DNA of 34,379 nucleotides from a virus (Duplodnaviria; Heunggongvirae; Uroviricota; Caudoviricetes): IMG/VR virus record IMGVR_UViG_2778261181_000004; one strand, 5' to 3'. Shown piece by piece: positions 1 to 8,044 of this stretch (position 1 is its first letter; each line of letters starts with the position of its first letter). The notes under the pieces were generated by a model. It saw only the letters and a program-made list of their open reading frames with translations, ran no database searches and was not told where the DNA came from. The position numbers and the translations under genes were made by a program.

Positions 1-708
1 ATGTGGGTCAATAAGTATATTGACGATTGCACTGATGAGGATTTAAACGATCGTGACTTTATTGCATCAGTTGTTGACCGGGCTATTTTTCATTTCGCGA
101 TTAATAGTATATGTAATCCTGGGGATAATAAAGATGCGACTCCCATTGAACAATGTACTTTTGATGTAGAAACTAAGAATGGCCTTCCCTCCACGGTTCA
201 GCTATTTTATGAGGAATCTAAGGATAATGAACCTTTAGCGAATATACATTTTCAAGCAATAGGTTCTGGTTTTTTAACGTTTGTTAATGCCTGCCAGGAA
301 CATGATGACAACAGCTTAAAATTATTTGCTTCGCTGTTAATTTCACTTTCATATTCTAGTGCCTACGCAGATTTATCAGAAACAGTGTATATTAATGAAA
401 ATAATGAGAGCTACCTGAAAGCTCAGTTTGAAAAATTATCTCAACGTGATATGAAGAAGTACCTGGGAGAGATGAAGCGTCTGGCTGATGGGGGAGAAAT
501 GAATTTTGATGGCTATCTGGATAAGATGTCACATCTGGTGAATGAAGGAACGCTCGATCCTGATATTTTAAGCAAAATGCGAGATGCTGCACCACAATTA
601 ATTAGCTTCGCGAAGTCGTTTGACCCAACCTCAAAGGAAGAGATTAAAATACTTACAGACACTTCTAAATTAATTTATGATTTGTTCGGGGTTAAATCGG
701 AGAAATAA
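1..708 (+). CDS. Hypothetical protein, possibly 5'-truncated by the window edge; AT-rich accessory gene of unknown function
   Basis: 235-codon ORF starting at window position 1 and ending at TAA 706-708; visibly AT-rich compared with phage core genes; followed by a hairpin plus T-run. Confidence 0.5.
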   Translation: MWVNKYIDDCTDEDLNDRDFIASVVDRAIFHFAINSICNPGDNKDATPIEQCTFDVETKNGLPSTVQLFYEESKDNEPLANIHFQAIGSGFLTFVNACQEHDDNSLKLFASLLISLSYSSAYADLSETVYINENNESYLKAQFEKLSQRDMKKYLGEMKRLADGGEMNFDGYLDKMSHLVNEGTLDPDILSKMRDAAPQLISFAKSFDPTSKEEIKILTDTSKLIYDLFGVKSEK

Positions 709-749
709 TATGTGAAGTTCTTCGATGGTATGGAAGGCATTATATAAAA

Positions 750-778
750 GGACCCAATATTTATTGGGTTCTTTTTTC
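750..778 (+). terminator. Putative intrinsic terminator downstream of the first ORF
   Basis: GACCCAATA / TATTGGGTT inverted repeat followed by CTTTTTTCTC. Confidence 0.5.
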
Positions 779-1295
779 TCTATCAATGCTATTAGCAGGG
801 AGATATATCACCAGAGTTTAATGTGTGATTTTTTATTTATCGTCGAACCTGGATTGTTTATCATTGGCCTTAACAAAGTTAACGGCTAATAAGATTATTT
901 CCATCACTTCGTGAGAGCTTCATGCCTTGAGAGGATCTCAATTTTCTTTTGCAATGAGACAGGCGCTTCCTGTTGTTATGGTATAGTACCCCGCTATTGA
1001 GCCTCCTGAATAGTGATGCTGAATAACATAACCCCATGATATATCGATAAAATAATCTCTACATTTGAAAATGCACGGTAATTCTGAAATGCAAAAAATC
1101 AACCAAACCAGCGCAATGCCTGAAAAAACTGACGTTCACTGGAGTGGTCGGTTTAGCGTTGCACCAATGCTCGATAGGATGTATCGTTTTTGAAAAACAA
1201 TTGGTTATGTGTTTTGTGGGAGCCTATTGGGAACCTATCAAAAGATTTTTTGTCATAAACAGTGTGAGATGTAAAACACTGTGATGGTAGCTTTG

Positions 1296-1323
1296 TTGAC
1301 ATCGCAACGTCTGCAGGTATAAT
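1296..1323 (+). promoter_or_regulatory. Near-consensus sigma70 promoter for the downstream accessory operon
   Basis: TTGACA at 1296-1301, 16-nt spacer, TATAAT at 1318-1323. Confidence 0.6.
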
Positions 1324-1341
1324 TCGCCACCAATTTGTAAC

Positions 1342-1380
1342 CTGTGTATATGTACAGTTGTTTACTGGTTATAAACACAG
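1342..1380. promoter_or_regulatory. Two tandem LexA-box-like sites (candidate SOS operator) just downstream of the -10
   Basis: CTGTGTATATGTACAG at 1342-1357 (CTGT-N8-ACAG, 14/16 match to the E. coli consensus) and CTGGTTATAAACACAG at 1365-1380 (CTG-N10-CAG). Confidence 0.5.
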
Positions 1381-1480
1381 TGATTTGCTCTTGCAATCTT
1401 CCAAAATTTTTTTGTTCGTGCTAGGTTGAGATAACAGTGATGATACTGTTTGCACATTCAGTGTAATGAGGAGGGTGGTT

Positions 1481-1954
1481 ATGTACAGCCCGGTACAAAT
1501 AGCCAATAAATTCATAACGTTGGGAAACCAACATCATAATCCTCTGACCCACATGCAACTGCAGAAGCTTACTTATATTGCCCATGGTTACTATTTAGCA
1601 TTAACAGGTAAGCCTTTGCTCAACGAATGTGTCTCTGCGTGGAAGTACGGTCCGGTTATTCCCGGAATGTACGATGCTTTCAAAGATTATGGGAATAAGC
1701 CTGTTACGAATGTAGCAGTAGCTCCTTTTGGTGGCATTGTTACTATGGATCCGCAAGCAGAGAGCATTATAGGGGCTGTTTATAAATTTTACGGCTCGAA
1801 AAATGGAATTGAGTTATCAACTCTAACTCATATGCCAGGTACGCCTTGGTCACAAACTTATAATGGTATTGGCTCGTCAATCATCCCAGATGATGCGATC
1901 AAGACTTATTATCATGATTTATTGAATAACCGACAGCAATGTCAGGGCCTCTGA
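1481..1954 (+). CDS. Panacea-domain (DUF4065; SocA/GepA-like) protein, candidate antitoxin / phage-associated protein
   Basis: ATG 1481 preceded by AGGAGGGTGG; product carries the motif pattern KLQKLxYxAxGxxLALxGxPLxxExxxAWKYGPVxPxxYxxFKxYG that I associate with DUF4065; the ORF-track start at 1466 is less likely. Confidence 0.65.
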   Translation: MYSPVQIANKFITLGNQHHNPLTHMQLQKLTYIAHGYYLALTGKPLLNECVSAWKYGPVIPGMYDAFKDYGNKPVTNVAVAPFGGIVTMDPQAESIIGAVYKFYGSKNGIELSTLTHMPGTPWSQTYNGIGSSIIPDDAIKTYYHDLLNNRQQCQGL

Positions 1955-1976
1955 AAAAGTAATATTCAGGGATGAC

Positions 1977-2525
1977 ATGTCTCGCAATTCAGATATCTAT
2001 AAACTTATCGGAGCGGCTGCAGGTGTTGAAAATGGTCGCTCTGAAGCATCCTTAAACTATACTGACAGTCAAGAACAGGTTTTTAAATCTGCATTTGAGC
2101 CGTCTAATCATGAGAGCGATGATGATTCTTCTTCAGAAAATAAAGCTATTCTGGAGGAAGAAGAGTTTGGTTCTAATACAGGTGCATTGCATGAGTTTAT
2201 GCAGCAGCACAGAATGGACAGTCTTCAAGCTCAGCTTGATATGCTCAAATCACAAGTACGCGATAAGATAGCTGACGCAACTGGTAAAGAAATAGACAAT
2301 GAACTTCGGACAAAAATGGCATCATTCACGGTTTGTTTTATGTCGTGGTGGTGCTTGTTTGTAGCCGTAATGTTTGTTTCGTTTCTTATTGCTCATGAAG
2401 GAAAGCCTCCAGTTGAAGCAATCGTTGCATTACTAGGTACAAGTACAATTAGCATTGTTGGTTTGGTTGGCTTCGTTGTTAGTGGATTGTTCAAATCAAG
2501 AAAAGATGGCGATAAAGAAAAATAA
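1977..2525 (+). CDS. Membrane protein with acidic N-terminal region and two C-terminal transmembrane helices; candidate toxin/effector partner of the Panacea protein
   Basis: Begins 22 nt after the upstream stop; hydrophobic segments FTVCFMSWWCLFVAVMFVSFLIA and AIVALLGTSTISIVGLVGFVVSGLF; no recognisable enzymatic motif. Confidence 0.6.
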   Translation: MSRNSDIYKLIGAAAGVENGRSEASLNYTDSQEQVFKSAFEPSNHESDDDSSSENKAILEEEEFGSNTGALHEFMQQHRMDSLQAQLDMLKSQVRDKIADATGKEIDNELRTKMASFTVCFMSWWCLFVAVMFVSFLIAHEGKPPVEAIVALLGTSTISIVGLVGFVVSGLFKSRKDGDKEK

Positions 2526-2545
2526 CCCGTATATACACGGGTTAT
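2522..2545. terminator. Bidirectional hairpin between convergent genes
   Basis: Perfect 9-bp stem ATAACCCGT/ACGGGTTAT with a 6-nt loop; T-rich tract follows on the - strand (TTTTTCTTTATC), U/T-rich sequence also follows on the + strand. Confidence 0.6.
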
Positions 2546-2558
2546 TCATGGTTTTAGT

Positions 2559-2831
2559 TTAGTTATATTTTTGCTTATCCGTTCTGACCTTTTCCCACTC
2601 AGCTCGTCCTTCTTCTCGTCTTTTGTCTATGTATTCCGCAAGATCCTGAATATTGATGCAACGTTTTGCTTTTTGTGATGTGCCGATGCGATATGTTGGA
2701 ATGGGCAACTTACAAGCGTTTGCTTTTGCTTCTGCCGTGGCTGGACTCATACCAAAGTACTTTTGGCTAACTGCTGAGAGTTCAATGTTTGGGGTATTGA
2801 ATTCAGCCATCAGTAAAAACAAGGTGTTCAT
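2559..2831 (-). CDS. PrtN-family DNA-binding protein (putative excisionase-like or transcriptional activator)
   Basis: Start at 2831 (MNTLFLLMAEF) with GGAG 6 nt upstream; motif pattern MNTxFLLMAxF ... LPIPTYRIGTSQKA ... DLAEYID typical of the PrtN family; the ORF track's longer start at 2858 is less likely. Confidence 0.6.
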   Translation of the reverse strand: MNTLFLLMAEFNTPNIELSAVSQKYFGMSPATAEAKANACKLPIPTYRIGTSQKAKRCINIQDLAEYIDKRREEGRAEWEKVRTDKQKYN

Positions 2832-2867
2832 AATTTTCTCCATCAAAACCGGCTGCACCCGGGAAAA

Positions 2868-3443
2868 TCATAATTCTGTGCTGGTGGCAGGAATTAATTT
2901 CTGCCAGATAGCTGAAACATATTTGGCCTGATGACGAGCATCAGCCAGGGCGTTGTGCCGTTCGCCATCGAAAGGCATGTCCATTTTGGGGTCGAATCCG
3001 ATGGAACGCCCAAGCGTAACGATCGTGCGTACATCGTGATCATTCCAGTACGCCCATGGGCAGATTTGTCCCGCTCGTTCATAAGCTCCGCGTAAAATTA
3101 CGTTGTCGAAGGTGGCCCCGTTACCCCAAACTTTTAAATATTTCGTATTGTCTGCGTGCCGATTAATGAAATGGCTCAGTTCAGAGAGTGCATCGCTGAT
3201 CGACAAAGTATCATCAATACAGATTGCAGCTCGTGCTTCAGGGCTTTGTTTCAACCACCACAGGATGGTATCGCCGTCAGGTGTGGCCCCTTGCTCCATA
3301 GCACTGTCCAGGCTGACAACCGTATAGAATTCTTGTCCGATGTCTCCGGTTTCTGGAGTGAAGAACACCGCGCCAATGGAAACGATCGGTGCATCCTTAT
3401 TTTTCCCCATCGTCTCAAGGTCGATCATTAAGTTGTTCATCAC
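2868..3443 (-). CDS. DEDDh-type 3'-5' exonuclease (DnaQ-like fold)
   Basis: Motifs IDLET, NGATFDNVI and HNALADA match Exo I/II/III of DEDDh exonucleases; ATGA start/stop overlap with the upstream gene. Confidence 0.7.
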   Translation of the reverse strand: MMNNLMIDLETMGKNKDAPIVSIGAVFFTPETGDIGQEFYTVVSLDSAMEQGATPDGDTILWWLKQSPEARAAICIDDTLSISDALSELSHFINRHADNTKYLKVWGNGATFDNVILRGAYERAGQICPWAYWNDHDVRTIVTLGRSIGFDPKMDMPFDGERHNALADARHQAKYVSAIWQKLIPATSTEL

Positions 3444-4192
3444 TTCACCTCCTGCGGCGGTTCCGGTAGCGGCATCCAGTGAGTTGCTTGCTCAATACCA
3501 TTACCCGGCTTAATCGTTGCATCTCCTCTCCGAAAGGTGCTTCCGGTATAGCGTGCGGAGCATATTAGCGGTTCAACCAGAGAGCTATCGAAATTCACCG
3601 AAATAAGCACGTTCTGGCCCTTTTCAGGCATTCGATCACTACAGCTTATCCAACTATCCGGAGTTCCCGGAGAGTTGCCATTTACATCGAAGTTTGGCTC
3701 TGCGTCCTGAACCAGGAGGATGTAACCATTCTTGGCCGTATCAAGTTCTAACGCCTCGGTGACGGTGCCGAAATAGCGATTACCTAAATCAGCATCACAA
3801 GTGCTAACATCAATGGAAACTTCCATGCCTTCGATTAATTCTGGCAAGTTGTAAGTTTGGTTTACAGGTTGGCCTCCCTGAAGCATGGCGGCGCGGTGAC
3901 ACCAGATAATCCAGCCAAGCGCCATATCCCATGCCATGTATTCTCTATCACCATTTTTTGCCCTGCGGCGATCTACAGATTCCCCGAAACGTTTCTCCAT
4001 AAATAATTCATAGGCTGCCCGTTCATCCGATACTGCTGCCAGCGATGCCAGTGCAATTTTAAATGCGGTAAGTATGTTGTTAACCTGACCTATTTCGAAT
4101 GCTATTTCACTACATACAAACGATTTATCGTCTATTATCGACTCAATTCCGGTAATCGTGTTCTGTAACCATTCTTTGGTAATAGTATTCAT
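3440..4192 (-). CDS. DUF551-domain phage protein
   Basis: C-terminal THWMPLPEPP motif typical of DUF551; AAGGTGA RBS upstream of ATG 4192. Confidence 0.6.
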   Translation of the reverse strand: MNTITKEWLQNTITGIESIIDDKSFVCSEIAFEIGQVNNILTAFKIALASLAAVSDERAAYELFMEKRFGESVDRRRAKNGDREYMAWDMALGWIIWCHRAAMLQGGQPVNQTYNLPELIEGMEVSIDVSTCDADLGNRYFGTVTEALELDTAKNGYILLVQDAEPNFDVNGNSPGTPDSWISCSDRMPEKGQNVLISVNFDSSLVEPLICSARYTGSTFRRGDATIKPGNGIEQATHWMPLPEPPQEVK

Positions 4193-4194
4193 AA

Positions 4195-4386
4195 CTATTT
4201 CACCTTAATCTCAACATTTCGCAGCTTTAGCTCTACTGGCAGGTCTGACTTTCCTGTTAATGCTAATGCGAGATTTTCAGGAGTAATGAGAGCAGTTATT
4301 GTTTTCCCCCTCGCCAGACGAATAATCATTCGTATCTCGCAATCGTCACATGCTCCCGGTCGAACAATTGAGATTTGTCCGTTCAT
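4195..4386 (-). CDS. Small hypothetical protein (63 aa)
   Basis: Tightly packed between neighbours (2-3 nt gaps); purine-rich SD-like sequence upstream. Confidence 0.45.
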   Translation of the reverse strand: MNGQISIVRPGACDDCEIRMIIRLARGKTITALITPENLALALTGKSDLPVELKLRNVEIKVK

Positions 4387-4387
4387 C

Positions 4388-4942
4388 TCACTTCCCCTTC
4401 ACACCAATGTTGGCGGCGGCGCGCTCGGCTTCACTTTGTTCCCAAAACCACTTGTGAAGCGCCATAAGCTTTTCGTCAATCGGTGCATATTTGCGATTAA
4501 AGTAGGCCTGAGCATCTTTCTCAGATTCGTCCGGTAATTCGCCAGGGCCAAACAGTGTGTTATAAATCCATGCCAGTCCGCTCTTAGCGTCGCCAGTTGC
4601 CTGCCATTCGATAATGGCAGCCTGCATGACCAGAATGTTTTTCCCGATTAATAGGTCCAGTTCTTTGTACCGGTTGCGGATGTATGCATTCTCGCTTTGT
4701 AATTCAGCGTTTCGCTTCTCTGCTGCTTCCAGCTCATCCAGCAGCGCCAAGACGGTGGCAGGATTGGCGGCGGCTATGAATCGTTTATTGGCGCGATTAT
4801 CTGGTCCTGAGCATGATGCTATGTAGTAATTGGCGTTCAGTCCGGCATCGGCAATTACTCCATGGTAGTCATCAGCACACCATTCGCCTGGTGTTGCATT
4901 TTCTGCCGCCAGTCGCAGAGCCTGATAGTTAATCTCGCTCAC
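4388..4942 (-). CDS. Ead/Ea22-like early protein (coiled-coil)
   Basis: GTG start at 4942 with AAGGAGG 6 nt upstream; N-terminus MSEINYQALRLAAENATPGEW and central coiled-coil LLDELEAAEKRNAELQSE resemble Ea22-like prophage proteins; assignment from memory. Confidence 0.5.
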   Translation of the reverse strand: MSEINYQALRLAAENATPGEWCADDYHGVIADAGLNANYYIASCSGPDNRANKRFIAAANPATVLALLDELEAAEKRNAELQSENAYIRNRYKELDLLIGKNILVMQAAIIEWQATGDAKSGLAWIYNTLFGPGELPDESEKDAQAYFNRKYAPIDEKLMALHKWFWEQSEAERAAANIGVKGK

Positions 4943-5178
4943 TGGTTGCCTCCTTTACGGATCTGCGCTGCGATGCGCGAAAAAAAAGACTCCCGCGTAT
5001 GACTGTTAAGAGCTGGCGCGAACGCTGCGTTAAGAACGGCAGCATCACAGCCGTCATCGATATAGAGCGCAATTTTTTTCTCCAGGCGCGCTTTGGCTTC
5101 CTGCAACTGCATACCCCGGCACGCACGCGGGATATACTCAGCAATTTGAGCGATAGATTTTTCGTTCTTTTTAAACAT
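4939..5178 (-). CDS. Small hypothetical early protein (79 aa)
   Basis: ATG 5178 with GAGGTGA RBS; stop overlaps the downstream GTG start. Confidence 0.5.
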   Translation of the reverse strand: MFKKNEKSIAQIAEYIPRACRGMQLQEAKARLEKKIALYIDDGCDAAVLNAAFAPALNSHTRESFFSRIAAQIRKGGNQ

Positions 5179-5374
5179 GCTTCACCTCGATAGGCTTGAT
5201 GCTGTCGATCAGCAGTCGGCGGCGCGTATTTTCTGCAAAGTGGCGGCGTCCGGTTTCTTTGTGGTAAAACTCGTTTTTTCCGACGACCCACATCCGTTTT
5301 GTCTGGTGCAGTTTTTTTACCTGCGGACCGTCTCGGGTGATAACAATTCCTGTATGAGTTTTTATTACGCTCAT
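5171..5374 (-). CDS. Small hypothetical early protein (67 aa)
   Basis: ATGA overlap with the upstream gene stop; 8-nt overlap with the downstream gene. Confidence 0.5.
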   Translation of the reverse strand: MSVIKTHTGIVITRDGPQVKKLHQTKRMWVVGKNEFYHKETGRRHFAENTRRRLLIDSIKPIEVKHV

Positions 5375-5733
5375 TTCTTATTCTCCGGTGCTTTCGGCAT
5401 TACTGCCCAGTGAGTGATATTGACGTTTTCAAGGTCCCCGATCTGAAATGTCCACTGCCATTCTCCGGTTTCTTTTTGTCCCCAGGTGTACCAGAGAGAA
5501 CGCCAGCCAATTAGCCAGCCTTCTCCGTTAGCATCAAATAACAGAACACTTTCATTTGCTGGTGGCAGTTCAGCTGACACTGGTATTATTTTGTTTTCCA
5601 GTGCCGCACATTTAGCTTCAAGCGCATCGAATTTACGTACCAGGTACTCAGCATTTGTTTCGTTCACTTTCAGATCTCGTGGTACACATTTCCCGCGAAG
5701 AAACCCTTCCATTTCGAAAACATTCATGCGCAT
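5371..5733 (-). CDS. DUF551-like protein (YfdS-like, 120 aa)
   Basis: C-terminal ITHWAVMPKAP motif; GGAG RBS; size and position match YfdS in CPS-53-type prophages. Confidence 0.55.
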   Translation of the reverse strand: MRMNVFEMEGFLRGKCVPRDLKVNETNAEYLVRKFDALEAKCAALENKIIPVSAELPPANESVLLFDANGEGWLIGWRSLWYTWGQKETGEWQWTFQIGDLENVNITHWAVMPKAPENKK

Positions 5734-6260
5734 TTGCGTAACTCCGATAACTCGTTAAAACGTTCCATAAACATCCCGTAGGCATGGCCCGGTGTCAGTG
5801 GAATCACGTTGAACATCTCTGTTGCTGGGATGCCTTCCAGTACAGGCCAGAAAGAGCCATCATCAAGCCCGAGATCGCGGCGTTCGGTTGCCAGCATGAT
5901 GAGATCGGCATATTTCACAGGCGTGCTCATAACCGGGGGTAACCCGTATTTCTCACGGATTACGGCATCTATTTTTTCTTCCATCCGTTTATAGTCAGGA
6001 AGAAGTCGTTTCAGTGGCGCGGGGATGTCCTGGCAATATGCTTCTGTTGCATCATGCATTAACGCTTCAAAAGCAAATTCCTGCGGCACCAGCTGGCTGC
6101 AAAGCACCGCATGCTGGGCGACACTGTAGAAGTGTGAAAGATGTCCTGCAAAGCGACAGATATTTGAAAGGGAAACTGCGATATCGTTAATCACGATGTC
6201 GTCTTTATTTATCTTGTCATAATAAAAATGCTTCCCGGAAAAAGTTTTAATAAATGACAT
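5724..6260 (-). CDS. HD-domain phosphohydrolase (YfdR-like 5'-deoxynucleotidase family)
   Basis: H..H and HD metal-binding motifs (VAQHAVL ... ALMHDATEAY); start at 6260 (MSFIKTF) with GGAG RBS gives 178 aa. Confidence 0.65.
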   Translation of the reverse strand: MSFIKTFSGKHFYYDKINKDDIVINDIAVSLSNICRFAGHLSHFYSVAQHAVLCSQLVPQEFAFEALMHDATEAYCQDIPAPLKRLLPDYKRMEEKIDAVIREKYGLPPVMSTPVKYADLIMLATERRDLGLDDGSFWPVLEGIPATEMFNVIPLTPGHAYGMFMERFNELSELRKCA

Positions 6261-6388
6261 TTCGTTCTCCACTTTATATGCGCTGCACCGCGCTGAATTC
6301 TGCTAAAAGGAAGCTCTCACCATCCGGTGATTATTGAGTTAATTACGTTTCCATAAATGCCCCCGCAGGGGCATTTGCAGTAATGAAA

Positions 6389-7213
6389 TCAGGCGGTGAA
6401 AGTACCAATAAAGGTTTCTACTTTGCTGTCTTTGAATTTCTCAACAAGCAGATCACGAAATTCGTTAGCCATTTCTTCCTGCATCGCTTCCAGCTGAATA
6501 ATGCGCAGAACCAGTACAGGACGATCGCCAGTGATAATGCTGAGGCGTAATTTAAACGGACGTTCTTTCAGGCCTTCAAACGGAACGCATTTAAATTCAA
6601 ATGCCACTGGCATAATGTCTTTGGTTTTCGCTTCGACAGACTCCATCAGAGAGCGTTTGCCGCTGAAGTCATTGTCTTCAAAATCAGCGGTCTGGTTTGC
6701 TTCAATTGTGATTTTACGGACTGCCGCAGCCGCTTTGGTTGCCTGAATGGTGTCACCATTAGCATCAAAGCCCACAAGGTAGTCGGCCCAGTCTTCAATC
6801 CATTCTGCCAGTGACTTCTGGGAGTTACGCTCGCCATTAACAGACAACAGAGCAGAAAACGGTGCTGTCTTTTTCAGTTTGAGGGTGGCGGTGTTATCTG
6901 CGTGACCTGGTTCATCAATAGTACCCAGGTTAAGCACACTGACGGCTCGCATATTATCGGCATCGATAAAGCAGCGGGTGCCTTCATCTGCAAGATCTTT
7001 AGAATAACGGGTAAAGTCATCGATGCTGGCAGTGGAAAGCGCACCACGGAAACGGAAGCGATTTAAATTAAATTTTTCCAGATCATGAATGCGGAAATTC
7101 TCAGGCAATGCCACAGCATCGGCACCAATCTTACTGATAATTTCATTAACACCCTGAGCAGAAATAAGGGCATGGATTTGATTAATTGCGGTTGCGTCTA
7201 AGTTCTGAGACAT
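6389..7213 (-). CDS. YfdQ-like protein (DUF2303 family), function unknown
   Basis: 274-aa ORF with GAGGA RBS; size and position next to the HD-domain gene match the yfdP-yfdQ-yfdR-yfdS block; family recalled from memory. Confidence 0.55.
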   Translation of the reverse strand: MSQNLDATAINQIHALISAQGVNEIISKIGADAVALPENFRIHDLEKFNLNRFRFRGALSTASIDDFTRYSKDLADEGTRCFIDADNMRAVSVLNLGTIDEPGHADNTATLKLKKTAPFSALLSVNGERNSQKSLAEWIEDWADYLVGFDANGDTIQATKAAAAVRKITIEANQTADFEDNDFSGKRSLMESVEAKTKDIMPVAFEFKCVPFEGLKERPFKLRLSIITGDRPVLVLRIIQLEAMQEEMANEFRDLLVEKFKDSKVETFIGTFTA

Positions 7214-7278
7214 AATAAGTCCTCACTATATAAAGATATTCAGTGATGAGATAAATAATCAGTTAATTAAGAACGATA

Positions 7279-7641
7279 TTAATGACCTGCTGCGCGGAGT
7301 TTTCCGTCAGGTTCACCGGCAAGAGTCAGTAATTGTCCCTGGTCTTCCTGCAGAATAGTCAGGCGACCACCGCGATTGACATACATCGGCGTTTCGGTGG
7401 TGTCTTCTTCGGAAATTTTCCCGCGGTTAGTCGGGCGAACATATGAGAGTTTGTGTTTGATTTTCACACGGTTCTCATCAAATGGTTCGATTTCCAGGTT
7501 GAGTGAGACCTTCCCTTTGGTTTTCGTGTTCATCACACCGGAAGCGACTTCACTGAGAACTGCGCCGATTTTGGTTTCAAATACGCCGCCGTCCAGCTCC
7601 CCGATAAATGCCTGCACATCAGTACTGCGTTCGCTAGCCAT
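7279..7641 (-). CDS. YfdP-like hypothetical protein (120 aa)
   Basis: Start at 7641 (MASERSTDV) with GAGGAG 8 nt upstream; the ORF-track N-terminal extension to 7827 is low-complexity and lies in the structured GC-rich segment. Confidence 0.55.
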   Translation of the reverse strand: MASERSTDVQAFIGELDGGVFETKIGAVLSEVASGVMNTKTKGKVSLNLEIEPFDENRVKIKHKLSYVRPTNRGKISEEDTTETPMYVNRGGRLTILQEDQGQLLTLAGEPDGKLRAAGH

Positions 7642-7649
7642 TTTGCTGC

Positions 7650-8040
7650 TCCTCATCATATCGACCCTGCAAGGTCGGTTGGTTTCTCCACAAAACAGAG
7701 AAGAACACCTGCGGTGGCAGCCGCCCGGATGGATTGGGTTATGAGCCCGTCGTCCGGTGATGCTCTTCTCTGTTTTGTAAAAAGAGCGGTACCAGCCGGA
7801 AGCAAGTGTACAAACTGGTACCGCCAAAGCAGTGGCTGTTGTGGTGCCGGGTGCCTCCCGGTGCCTGGCGAAGGTTGCACACCAGGCGGGTGGGTATCCA
7901 CAGAAGGTCGACTGTCAGTCTCAACCTTAACCCGCGTGCGCTGAGCCGCATTCACCACAACGCTAAGGATTCTCTCTGGTTGAAAATACTTAGCTGTTAT
8001 GTGCCTGCTTTTAGCCACATCAGGCGAGGTGGTAGGTACG
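7650..8040 (-). ncRNA. Candidate structured non-coding element (unknown family) within the leftward early operon
   Basis: GC-rich segment with no convincing ORF; perfect 15-bp inverted repeat ACAAAACAGAGAAGA (7690-7704) / TCTTCTCTGTTTTGT (7764-7778), plus GGTACCAG...CTGGTACC and CCGGG...CCCGG hairpins; strand assumed from flanking genes. Confidence 0.25.
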
Positions 8041-8044
8041 TGAG

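Noticed and set aside
4929-5291. 120-aa ORF on the - strand, rich in Arg/Lys/Cys
   Set aside because: Out of frame across two compact, RBS-supported small genes (4939-5178 and 5171-5374); low-complexity basic composition typical of an alternative-frame read.
7656-8018. Overlapping ORFs on both strands inside the GC-rich segment (for example 7656-8018 -, 7714-7944 +, 7806-8081 +)
   Set aside because: Proline/arginine-rich, low-complexity translations in several frames with no RBS support; more consistent with GC-rich structured non-coding sequence than with genes.
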